NCBI GenBank assembly: GCA_043228905.1
Contig: JBHGNT010000007.1
Location: forward strand, 7,378,001-7,442,000
Direction: 5' to 3'
Origin: Azolla caroliniana
Taxonomy: Eukaryota > Plantae > Polypodiophyta
DNA length: 64,000 nt
The notes under the pieces were generated by a model that had not been told where the DNA came from, did no database searches, and was given only the letters and a program-made list of their open reading frames with translations. The translations under genes and the position numbers were made by a program. Positions 48,620 through 60,945 of the stretch are shown here, piece by piece (the stretch's first letter is position 1; each line of letters begins with the position of its first letter).

Positions 48620-51338
48620 ACTCATTCCTTCTCTCAAAGTTCGACACCTCTCATAGTACTAATCCTTCTCTGTCTTAGTACTATTCCCCAACAATAGTAC
48701 TAATCCTTCTTTTAGTACTAATTCCTTCTCTGCCTTAATAGAGTTCCTGACAACACCAGTCTTTAGCTCTCATTACATACCTTGTATCCATTCTCTTTCT
48801 TTCTCTATCTTATACATCCATTCTTCTCTTAGTATTTGATTCCATTCTTCTCGTGTTCTCTAATATCCTTCTTCCATCACTCTATCTTTTATCCTTGGTT
48901 CTGACAGTGTGTGTGTGTAAGAGAGAGAGGGAGAGAGAGGGAGAGAACACAAAGTTATATAGAAAACTAGAAAACTGTATTAACAAGAGAATAAGACAAC
49001 CAACAATTACAAAGAGGAGGAGAAGGTGCTTATGTAGTCACCTTCTCTCTATGTTCTCTCACTACAACCACGAGATGGAAAGGAGGTGGAGACTTAACTA
49101 CCTACTAAATATGTGTCATAGGACTTAACTTCCATGACACTTAGTTTATGATACAAGGAGGTGGGATGTTCACACACTTGGGTTATTCCTAAGGTGTGTT
49201 CCCACACTAGGGAAGTTGAGTTTGATTCTGAACAACTAATATTTGAAAGATGGACATTAAGTTGTACTACAAACCTTTGGCTATTCGGCAAGAGATGGTC
49301 AACATTGAATTGTATTATGATTTGTTCTTGCATATGAAGTGGAGATCCCACATCAACATAGTAAAACAATTGATGAACAATGCCAAATGTAGTTTTCCAT
49401 GTTCCTCTCGATCATTTCCATAACTAATCACAATTTGTTTTTCTCCATGTTCAAGAAGAATAAATTTGAATAACTTGTATGTTGTAGGTTGACACAGTTT
49501 TAAACCATTAAACTCAAATCCCAACTTTCAATGTTATTGGATGAAGGAGAAACCAATTCAAGATTATATATTCTATCTTATGCCACATTCTTTTGATAAT
49601 GTATGCATAAGACTAATTGATAAATGGCAAATGAAATAGACCTTTAATTATAATTTATAGTTGTGGTTCTATTGAATTAAGAAATTCTAAGATTAATTGA
49701 ACTCAAGACACTCTCAGAGTGAAAGTGGAAATATGTGTATATATATACATATATTAAAGGTTCATATTTCCATAAGTATGACAAAAATCTCTTGTTTGAG
49801 GAGGGGAGCAATTTCATGTATTGAGTTTAGACCACTCTAACCTAAAACAAGAATCATCAAATGCTCTACTTGATCAAACATGAAGAGAGAGGATAAACTA
49901 TCGTACTATGTATATTAAGTAAGATCATGATCTAATGTTCCTTCCTTTCTTTCTTTTCAAAAATAATATTCCTTTCTTCATATTCCACGAATCATGTATA
50001 CATTCATAACCAATATAATTATTCAAGTTATCCTTACAAGGGGCATTCAAAGAATTGAGCTCAAGAACTCTCACTCAAATAAAGAATCATCATTTCTCAT
50101 GCAAGATTGCCTTTAGGTCAACATTTCCAATTCATATATGCATACCCAAAGAAAAACACGCATATGGGGTGCATATTGTTACGATTTTTTCCATGTTATA
50201 TGTTGCTTGAGTTTAATTTTTGCCCCTCGCTTCAAATTTAAGTATCAATGCAAGTTCTTCTGCACACCAACAACAATGGACAACAACGTCAATTTACCAT
50301 TATTCATTACAACATCTTGATTTGGATTTCTTGACAAGTACCATTTTGTTTGCAAAGTCAAAATGAATGCAATTGAATGAAAAGAAATCTATTGGTTCTT
50401 GATCAATATAATAACATCATTTGCATCCTTGACAGCTCTGCAATTGCATCTAAGGGCTTGCAAGCATCTAAATTTTTTTATCCTAGCAATGTCTATACCT
50501 TTCGATTGTTGAGAAATATAGTTTTTATTATCGCTTTTGAGATCAAAATGACCTACTAGACCCAAAGTGGAACATTTGCATGCATGTTCCATGTGTGGAG
50601 TCAAGTAGTGATTCTTGTGGCTCAAGAACTTTACTAATGAATGTTGCAATGGAGAGTACATATTATGACTCTCGGATAAATGTTTGTATGGATTGGATTG
50701 GGTTGACAATGCATGAAAAGCAATCTCAAATGTGATCGAAGGTGGGGAGTATTAAATCGAAGTATGATATCAACCTCATGAATAATTTTAGAGCAAAATA
50801 TGCACCCAATGAGTCTCAATGTTCGTGCTCCCTAATGCATTGTTAAGTACGAGAATCCACATGTTTATGAAGTCGTGATACATCGGGGGAGAGGGGAGTT
50901 TTTTATTTTTATTAATGTCTCTTACACAACAAATTTGGCATATGGGACAAATCATAACTACAAATATGGGTGATTTCATGTTGTCCATATTGAAACAAAA
51001 ATAAAAGCTCGAGGTTTCTCTAAAGTTCCATAGTTATGACCCTAATGCATCTGGTGGAATGATTTTGGAGTGGTTTACAATCATGTAGCGCATTCAAATT
51101 GGATATGTTGAGCAATACGATCTACATGATCTGGTAATGATATGGCCCATGTGCCTTATATATCTCAATACTCATGGTCTTTTTCATTAGAGATGAAGAG
51201 CTATGGAAGAAGTAAATTATGCGGGATTGTATTTGCATTCTACATGCTAATATATTAGTGAGAGAGGGGGAGAGAGGGGGAGAAGTGTTGTAACAAGTGG
51301 ATTTTACATAGAATTAATATAATTGTGTGCTTTTACCA

Positions 51339-51386
<48 letters not shown>

Positions 51387-52583
51387 CTTTATTCTCCCTT
51401 TCATATAAGGTAGTGTTTTGACTACTTTAGGTATTGAGATATGTGGTCCACTTGGAGTATGAGAATGTGTTATTGTTTGATAATCTTCATGGAGCATCAC
51501 AATAGGTACATAGGTTGAAAGGAAATTTGGTTGGGGAATCCCCGTAACTTAGCTCTCTATGAGCACCTTGTCTTCGGTGGAGTTGTTTGTATTTATGTCA
51601 ACTAGTCTTACAACACCTTAGATGTTTTGCCTTACCATAGGAACATCATTGTTGACACAGGAACAATAAGGCATTTTACATTATACTCATGACATAAGAT
51701 TTATTTTTGAAGTATTGTCGGCCTTCATTATAAATATTGTACCTCCCAAACTTCATTGACATTATGTTATACATGGCTTATTGAAAACAATAGACATGTT
51801 TTGACCTTTGTTTATCATCATCATTTACATTGTTTTTGGTATGAGCATTTACCTTTAATATCATAACAATGACATCATTATTAAAACCATGGAATATTAA
51901 CGATTGGGGAGTTGCATTGTAATCCTAAAAGTATATGAATGTTTTGAGGGGTCATTGTTTTGCAAAATATGGCTATTTCTTGGACATAATAATATGGCTA
52001 TTTCTTACAAATAACCAAATTTCATCTTAGATGCCACGTTCATATATTTATTTCGATATCTTGCACATGCGAATACGTTTGCACTTGTTTAGTAAGCCTA
52101 TGACGCCTTCCAAATGTAAGGGTGGGTGGCACTACGAAGAAAGTAGTATTTATTATATCAAAAAAGTTGATCATCTTCAAAGCATTAGTTTATTAAAATT
52201 TGTCATTTACTAATCAACATACCTAGTTCATCCATATGTTTGTGGCTAGAGAACAAGTCTCCTTACCACTCACAAATATTTCATGAATTCTTGCGTGGTC
52301 TTCATTGCAACGAATGACAACTCTCTATAAATTCCATGTTTACATCACATTGATGATAATGCCTTGTTATGCTCGTTTTTAATACAATTAATTAAGCCTT
52401 TCATATAATTGGCTACATATAAACTGTTCATTGTACCTAAGGTGACTCCATTCAAAGATTGTGGATCATGAAGGCATATTTGCTTTTTGGTGCTTTAATC
52501 AAATAATATGTATACATTGTCAATTTTCCATTCTTGCATACATTTGACCTACAAATTCATTGTTCCTAAATATATAGTAAAAC

Positions 52584-53073
52584 ATGCCATTTGCATTATA
52601 ACGCTTTGGCATTACATTATATATGATTGACTATGGATTACAATATATCATTGTTTGAGATTCCTTATTGAATCACATCAACTTTGCGTGTATAGCAAAA
52701 TAATAGTCTTACATAGTTTATCAAAAGGAAGTAGACAATTAGTTATGGTTTCAAATCCAAATATCAATTCTCTAGTTTATTTCACCTCTAGTTGTCGCAT
52801 TTTGGTTTACTCTATAACATCAAATTGACTATGCCATTTGCATTATAAGGCTTTGGCATTACATTATATATGATCAACTATGAATTGCAATATATCATTT
52901 TTTGAGATTCCTTATTGAATTACATCAACTTTGCGTGTATAGAGAAATAATAGTCTTACATAGTTTTTCAAAAGTACATACAGTTGGTCATGGTTTCAAA
53001 TCCAAATATCAATTCTCTAGTTTATTTCACCTCTAGTTGTCACATGTTGGTTTACTCTATAACATCAAATTGA
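52584..53073. repeat. 247-bp tandem duplication
   Basis: atgccatttgcattataa…ctctataacatcaaattga starts at 52584 and again at 52831. Confidence 0.9.
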
Positions 53074-53179
53074 GAGAGCCCAAGTTTGATCTTTGTCATT
53101 GACATCTCTCTCTCTCTCTCTCTTATCGTAAGTACCTTACCCTAGTGGTAATTTGTTAAACTACAAGCACAGACTGAAA

Positions 53180-53544
53180 CCAATTACCTCACCTCTCTAT
53201 TAGATACTTCATACATATATCTTTTAATTCACTAGATGCCAATGTGGAATGTAGGGGTTGAACCCATGACCTCTTGGTCTCCATTGGGCAACCTTATCTC
53301 TTTTAATTCACTAGATGCCACTGTGGAATGTCGGGGTTGAACCTATGACCTCTTGGTCTCCATTGGGCAACCTAACCAATTGAGCTACATCCATCTTTTT
53401 TTATATAGCTAATACCCAATTATCTCACCTCTCTATCACATAGTTCATACATATCTCTTTTAATTCACTAGATGCCACTGTGGAATGTAGGGGTTGAACC
53501 CATGAACTCCTGGTCTCCATTACACAATCTTACCAATTGAGATA

Positions 53545-53546
<2 letters not shown>
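53180..53546 (-). repeat. Tandem array (about 3 copies) of a tRNA-like/SINE-head module
   Basis: Minus strand TAGCTCAATTGG (A-box) and GGTTCAACCCC (B-box), 44 nt apart in the complete copy; similar to the module in solo LTR E. Confidence 0.75.
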
Positions 53547-53607
<61 letters not shown>

Positions 53608-55854
53608 TGAAAACATTTGACGTAGAAGTTGTCTATTGCGCGACTTAGAGGATTGTGTCATGCTAGATTATGCTAAATTGCACAAACTTGATAATCTTAA
53701 ATGGTATAAAGGCATTCCACTTGACAAATGTACTCACATGTTTACCATCCTTGGGTGGAGGAAGTGTGGTTGATTACGCATTAATGCCAACATGTGATGT
53801 ATCCTTGGTGAATGTGTTTAAAGTTGGTTCTCTATATCTAGAATCATAGCATAAGCCATTGTACTTAGAGTTTGCAATTCCACATTTCATCAATAGATGA
53901 CATGGAGTGAAAGAGGAAGTTAGATGTATCATCTGACCTTGCTACGATGTATGCAAATGAAGCAGAGAACCATTTGTTAAATTTCGCTCTAAGCAACGAT
54001 GTTAAAGAAAATTGGCAAACATTTAAAGGATATCATCCTTAAGGCTGGATATCAATACTTTAAGAGGCATGTTGGTGGGCATAAGATGTCTAATTTTCCA
54101 TGTAATTCTTGGTTCGATGATGAATGCAAGATTTACATCCCTAATGGTTTAACTCTATAGAAGGGGAAAACTAAAGGATTGTTGCATGTCACCTATATAA
54201 GAAGGTAGTGAGGAGAAAGAAAAGAAGATATTTCCAAATGCAATAGTTGAAAAAGAAAAACTTGTTTAATCTCAAACCAAAATTAGCATGGGAACAACTC
54301 AAGGGTAAGAAAGAAGATGTGAAAGGTCACTTTACAAATGAAGAGATGTTGGAATATGTACAAAGGCTATATAGGCATGACGATGTGGCTCACAATACAT
54401 GTATCGATATTGATGATGTCAATAAGGGAATAAAGAAGGTGGTGAGTGGGAAAGTAGTAGATGTAACCTAGTTTCAAGTGAGCGTTTAAAATCGACAAGG
54501 CCACATACTCATCATTGGATAATGACAATTATAGAGCAAGATATAAAACAAAGTTTTCCAAATGATTGGCTTATGAATTGGATTAAACCAATATTTAAAT
54601 CCAGAGATAAGAATCAAGTATCAAATTATCATACAAATTATAATGGTGAGCCAACTACTATTAAATTATATATCACTATTATGGAGTAAAAGATAAGCAC
54701 ATAGGCTGAAAGTGCAAGCAAAAGAACACTTGCGCAAATAGGATTTAGACCAAAACACTCCACTATGGATCATTTGGTCACATTGAGAGTAATCATGGAA
54801 GAGAGTTGATTACAAGGAAAAACACTTTATTGTTGTTTTGTTGATTTCAAGAAAGCTTTTGATATTGTATCATGAAGTGAGCTTTGGAATAGAATGATAG
54901 AGATTGATATGCCATTAAAGTACCAAGTTGTTGTTGCATGCCTATATGAACAAGTTAAATGCCAACCAAAAATGGATAGTGGATTCTCACAACACTTTTT
55001 AAGTAACATGGAGGTCAAACAAAGATGTTCACTATCACTCACACTCTTTGGCTTATGTATTGATAAATTAGAAGTGGTGAATTAGGTTGCAAGAGAGGAA
55101 GGATTGGATGCCCCCAAATTGATTCAACATGTTATCTTATTGCTTTTATATGGACATGGTGTGGTACTCTTCTCATATGATGTTGATAGTATGCAACATT
55201 TACTTGGGGCATTAGAAGAATTTTGCCATAATAATGAACTAGCAGCGAATGTGGAGAAAACAAAGATGATGGTTGTGCAAACCATCCAACCCCATCATTA
55301 CCCTATGCTCACATATAGAGGTGAACATATACAATTTGTTCAAAGCTTTAAATATCTTGGTATTGATTTACCTTCCACAAATAAATGGAGTGCATGCTTT
55401 GATTCTAGGCTTCAAGCTTGTTGGAAATCATATTACCTTTTCAAGAACAAATGCAACCAAAGTGATACTTAACATCACTTTGGTTACATATTTCACTTTA
55501 TAAAGAATAACAGTATTGTACAAAACAACTAGATATAAAGTATGTAGTTGTTGAATAAAGTGTATATTTTCACAAGTAATCTCTAGTTTAGTAATTAATT
55601 TCTATTATTTCCCAAGATTTTCCATAAGAAAATCACTTTCTTGCGGTGTTTTTATTGCACTATTTAGTGTTTGTTTAGCATATTATTTAACAAAAAATCA
55701 TTAATTTCTGGCATGTTCGCATCTACCAATCCTTTTTTAGCATTTAGAGCTCTTTTCTAGAGTTAACATGTCTTTAAACATATAAGTTGTTAGAAATTAC
55801 TTGTTGGTTCATATAATTGAATTTTTCTATATTTTTCGATCTTGTCCCTACAAG

Positions 55855-57594
55855 GTCAACTGAAAATTAGGAAGCCACATATCAAGAAAATACGTTTGAA
55901 ATATTACGGCTCGTCTTTAGAATCTACTCAACGTGAGGAAGCCACATATAGTCAAAGAGCAAAGAAATATTATTCAATGATGATATACCGAGACAATCAT
56001 AGTAAGAAACCAAGAGAAGTTAAAGATATTCATGATTTTCCTACATCATTTCTTGCACATCTTTAAAGAACTTGGAAAGAAAAGGACCGAAGTTTAGTGA
56101 TGACACATGGTGTAGAAGATGATGACACTTTTTGTCACGGACAAGTATAATAGAGTAAAGAGAAGACAAGCCTAGAACACAACAGATAGGAAAAGAACAA
56201 GAACTCAACTTATAGAATCTGTAACTGGTGTTGTTCACCTTGATTATAATCAAGGTGCACCTGAGTATTTATACAAGAAGGTAGGGCTATGTAAGCCGGC
56301 TAGAAATAGAGTATGCATGAGGATACATGCAATGGAGAATGCATGAGGATGCATGTAATAAAGAATGCATGAGAATGTGTACAAGCTAGAAACTTATGAA
56401 GTTGGATTGGTACAAGGATACATAGGTAGCTCAATTGGTAGGGTTGCCCAACAGAGACCATGAGGTATTGGGTTCAATCCCTACCTTCCTCCGTGGCATA
56501 TGTCTATACAAGGTGCACTTGAGTATTTATACAAGAAGGTAGGTCTATGTAAGCCAACTAGAAATAGAGAATGTGTGCAAGCTAGAAACTTCCAATGTTC
56601 AATCTACACTATATGAAGTTGGATTTAGTATAAGGAAGCATAGGTAACTCAATTGGTAGGCTTGCCCAATAGAGACCATGAGGTCTTGGGTTCAATCCCT
56701 ACCTTCCTCCATGGCATATGTCTATGACACTTTTAAGAAATTTAGCCACAAAAAGGATATCACCCAGGATTTATACTATAATGTCTATTGTGGTGATGTG
56801 CTTGAGATGATACACATATTGCCAACGAAGGAATACACATTACTCATTATTGACATACTATGAGGATTTTGTATGGTTGGATCAACATATGATGATGAAC
56901 CATTTAGGTTCAAACAACTTGAGAAGATGGTCAAAGATTTCACATAGTTGACGATAACATCCTTATGGAGAATTGTCGTATTCCATAGCATGGACCAAAG
57001 ATACTCTGTAGCACATGCCTTGAGATCTTGTTGCCATGGGATAAAAAACCTTACTTGGTAAGGAATATTTATCTTACATGGAGAATTTTGATTTGCCCAT
57101 CAATACATTCTAGCTAATATTGATATTTGTCATTTGAAATGTTCTCCAATGAAAGAGATTGGATACTAGATTTGTTCTCCGGCTCGGGTAAATTATTATA
57201 ACTTTTTTTGCTATGCCTTTAGAAATCAATGTAGTTTATGTTTAGCTAAAACAATCTTCCTTTTAAATTGTTAATAGGTACCACATCTGCATCTGCATTG
57301 AAGTTATTCAAAAATACTATTGCACTAGAAAAGGATGATGATCAAATGAGTTTCATTAACATGAGGATTAAAGCCTTATGGGAATGCCTAGATTAGGACA
57401 AAGAAGTAGGGGCCAAGCATATTGTAGATACTGAATTTTTTCAACCTGCATCTCGTGAACCTATTCCTCCATTAGCTGGTGAACCTAGGGAGTTTATTGA
57501 TTTTGACGACGAGCTACAAGAGGACCCTACCGTTGCCAACCTATCTGGAGTAGATACTATTGCACAAATTTTGGAGGAGAGTTCTCAAAAGTAA
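55855..57594 (+). pseudogene. Intron-containing beta-class amino (N4C/N6A) DNA methyltransferase-like pseudogene
   Basis: YCGDVLEMIHILPTKEYTLLIID(IL*)G is a decayed DPPY-type motif IV region. FEMFSNERDWILDLFSGS|GTTSASALKLFKNTIALEKD contains motif I FxGxG, joined by a GT-AG intron at 57188-57277. Motif order IV then I indicates beta class. Confidence 0.8.
56133..56729 (-). mobile_element. Solo LTR, chromovirus-type (element E), with internal duplication
   Basis: TGTCA…TGACA ends; TSD CTTTT (56128-56132, 56730-56734); minus-strand TATAAATA and CAACACCAGT; removing it restores the MTase frame. Confidence 0.9.
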
Positions 57595-60500
57595 AAAGAG
57601 GAGAACAATGTGTATACCCTGATAACTATGTGATATGTTCCAATGATATATTAATGTTCACGTCTAGGTTTGACAGTTTATGAATATTGTCTACATTTTT
57701 ATGGACGTTGATTAGCACTAAATTTATAAATGTTGATGACACTAAGGATTAGAGTGTTACCTCTTATACATAAAACATTTTCACTAACAATAGATGTCTC
57801 TTCCACTTATGGAACCTACATCTCCTCCTGATGGTGAAACCATTAATCTTAACTTGTGCTTTGAGTTAACCAATGTGATTTGCTTGTAGTTAACTACATT
57901 TCATATATGCAGACCATCAATGTTTAAACACTTATTGAAAAACTATCCAATATTAGAAAGTATCATTTTGACAAGTCTTGTAAAATCTCAAAAAATCAAC
58001 AAATTAACATGTGATACTGGTGTATCAAGTTTTTGAAAATTGCATGAATCGCAAGATTATAAAAGGAATCTACAAGTGGAATACGCAATCCTTCCACTTG
58101 TGAACACGAACGTGTTACTTGTGGATGAGAAGTATAGGGTGACACCATCTCTTGTAATGCATGGAATGAGAAACTTTAAGGAGGCAACTAGGAGTTAAAT
58201 GCACTGCCTCTTACTAGGTTATGCTCTTGGAAACAAGTGTTCGGCCCATAGAGATATTGACACTCCTAAGAGTATATAGATACATTACAAAAGTCAAGAA
58301 TATGCCGAATCATCGATTACCATATCTTGCTTGGAATCATAAGAATAAAATTATCGCATCTGGTTGGGTTATTAACATAAGAAAATGGTTCAGAAGATAG
58401 GGCGTGGATGATCTTTTAGAGCTTTTGGGCGATGTTATGCATTATGTAATGATTGAGGAAAGGTTGGTGGAATCATTAGGGATGAAGTGGGAAGATGCTA
58501 AGAGGACAAAGCTAGAATGCTACATGGCAAATGTCAACCCCAAATGTTGGTCTCAATATAAGGCAAGAATGCCTATTGATCGTCTCCAATCTTACCTCAT
58601 TATCAATATGAGTAGTAATGCTCATAGAGCCCTCACACTACTTTGCACTCGATCTCACAAGTTAGGTATTAAAGTTGCATCATGGTATCAAAACGTAGTG
58701 AATTTGAAGTTATGTAAAGTATGCAATGAAGGCATGGTAGAGGATAAATGTCGCTTGCTCTTCACATGCTTGGCATATTGTACAATTCGTTCAAGATATG
58801 ATGGCATATTAAGAGGGAGTGGTAACTTAAGTGTCTTACTTAAGACACCACCTAGAAGGTTGAGCCCATATGTGTATGTCTTATTCACACATAGAGACTT
58901 TGTGTTTCAATATATGAATACCCCTTTTTAGGGAGGAGCACATGTGAAGAACACATGTATACTCTAGTCCCATAGGTCAAAACTCTTTGTGAAAACACAA
59001 TTATGCAAATACCCATTGTGTAGGCTGATCAAATAACATTGTGATAAAATTTGAGAAATGTAGCTCCAAATCTAACAAGTAATTGGGCATTGTATGAAAC
59101 AATGAGTACTATCTTCTATTTGAACAGTGCAAAAGAAGCAATTGCCCGTTGTTGATCCACGTTGCTTTAGAGCTAATCCCAAACCCCCAATCAAAATTCT
59201 CCAAAATTTGAAGACATTTGTGATAAGTGGCAATTTAGAATGCCTACGTTTTAAGATCTTCCAACATCCATGATCAGAGTTATGTATTTTCCATTCTTCT
59301 TCTACCTTAGATGATAGCCATAGAAGAGACTCAAAAGAGCAATGATAGAAAAGATTAGTAGTCACTTGCAAAAATGACGTCTAACCCCATAAATACCAGT
59401 CAATCCACGATCGCTCTTCTGTTTGTAAAGGTAAAGAACCTTGCATCAATGCCATATTTTGTGGTTGTTGCCGGATAAACCTATAATTGGACTGGATGCG
59501 TAATAATTGTTGCGCTTCAACAAACTCAAAAATTCTTTGAGATGGAGCCTCAAATATATCTCCCACCTCTTTGACCCCCAAATGAAAATAAATGATTAAT
59601 TGAGAGCGCATTCTCTCCATTCCAAGAAAACATAATAACTGAGAAGACACAAATAACTCTTTTTTGCAAAGAATTACAATGTTCTCTACTAGATGATGGT
59701 TTTCATACACATAATGAGATTGCTTCTTGCCATGAGATAACTAAGTGTTCAACATATGAATCGTGAGGAATGTTAAGTGAAATACATCTGTCTAGTAATT
59801 GCCACCATAATGCCTTTTCCCTTGTCCTCCCATGTGTTAAACCCTTGTTCTCAATGAAATATTGAACAATAGATATCCATGGTTGTGAGTCTAATAAGTT
59901 TAATATTCCATCTCCCCCTAAGCACTTAGGGGTTGCTAGATGATTCCACACAACCCAGTGATTCCCATCTTATCCCTCTTCCTCCACAACAAATATCCAT
60001 GTTGAATCTAATTAACATTATGCAATATATACCTACTTGCAATAAAACCATGTTGGGTGGGATGTATGAGCTTTGGATAATACTTTTGTAATCTATTTGC
60101 CAAGACCTTTGTAAATATCTTATATAACCTACATTATGCAATATATACTTACTTGTAATAAAACCATGTTGGGCAAGATGTATGAACTTTGGCAAATACT
60201 TTTGTAATCTATTTGCCAAGACCTTTGTAAATATCTTATACAACCCCCCCACCTCATCAAAGAAATAGGTCTCCATTGATAAAATGACTCAGGATATGCC
60301 ACCTTTGGAACTAATTTAATGAGACCAACCTTCCAAGCTTGAGGCATACAACCAAAATCCCAACGACATTGAAACATCAAAGTAAGGGGCCCCTTTAAAA
60401 TGTTCAAATAGCCTTAAAAACTTCATTTGTCAAGTCATCCCAACTAGGGATCTTACCACTAGGAAGATGCCTTAAAATCATGTCCACCTCATCTTCTGTG

Positions 60501-60945
60501 AAATCCGCATCCAATTAATGACTAATGATATCATGCACAATACATCCAACCACATCATAAAATTTATGCATGCTCCACTCACCTCATTTGTCGTTAACAA
60601 TTGTGGGCGAGTCAACTCCTTAAAGTAATGAACACATATTGCAATTACTGTAGCATGATCCATTATAAATTCATCCCTTTGTTTCAAATGTACCAAATTA
60701 GATCTAGCATAGGCAGGATGTAATGCTTGGAAAAATAAATGAGATTGACATTGATGATCTATGAGTCAATCCCTAAGTTGTCACATCTTAATATAACGAT
60801 AACTTTGGCATTTGCAATTGAGAAATAATAATATGCAATTGACTTTGGATATCCAAAAGCTCCTCATCTAATGGTGCATGTATCTAAAGAGAAATTGTGA
60901 GTATTGAAGAAGGCCTCATCGTCGTTGGGTATTAGTTACCCCATA

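Larger units (their letters stand above)
42975..48752 (+). mobile_element. Ty3/Gypsy chromovirus element D, intact and very young
   Basis: LTRs 42975-43447 and 48284-48752 differ by one substitution plus (CT)n length; TSD ACACC (42970-42974, 48753-48757); PPT AAAGGGGGGATAG. Confidence 0.97.
37371..48906 (+). mobile_element. Ty3/Gypsy chromovirus element C (Tcn1/Tf1-like), decayed; 3' LTR split by element D
   Basis: 5' LTR 37371-37804; 3' LTR 42680-42974 plus 48758-48906; TGTCA..TGACA ends; near-TSD CTGTG/GTGTG inside (GT)n; PPT GAAGGAGGGATAG. Confidence 0.95.
53640..58931 (+). mobile_element. Decayed RTE-like LINE, interrupted at about 55470-58110
   Basis: APE tail GGSVVDY; RT GFRPKHSTMDH, CCFVDFKKAFD, FKYLG..CNQSDT; resumes at about 58110 with VLL..EV.G.TIS and the C-terminal RSHKL..CKVC. 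Confidence 0.8.

Noticed and set aside
48907-49139. A complete Copia G with TSD
   Set aside because: The two LTR copies diverge after AGAAAAC, and the flanks (GCTAA vs CTTAG) do not match, so the outer boundary is unproven.
49140-52580. Possible gene or LINE in AT-rich sequence
   Set aside because: Only faint L1-like fragments (e.g. LTQQIW); too decayed to call.
56420-56500. tRNA-like sequences (also 37393-37460, 42977-43041, 53330-53390) as true tRNA genes
   Set aside because: Acceptor and anticodon stems do not form properly, and all lie in LTRs or repeats; kept only as Pol III-like modules.
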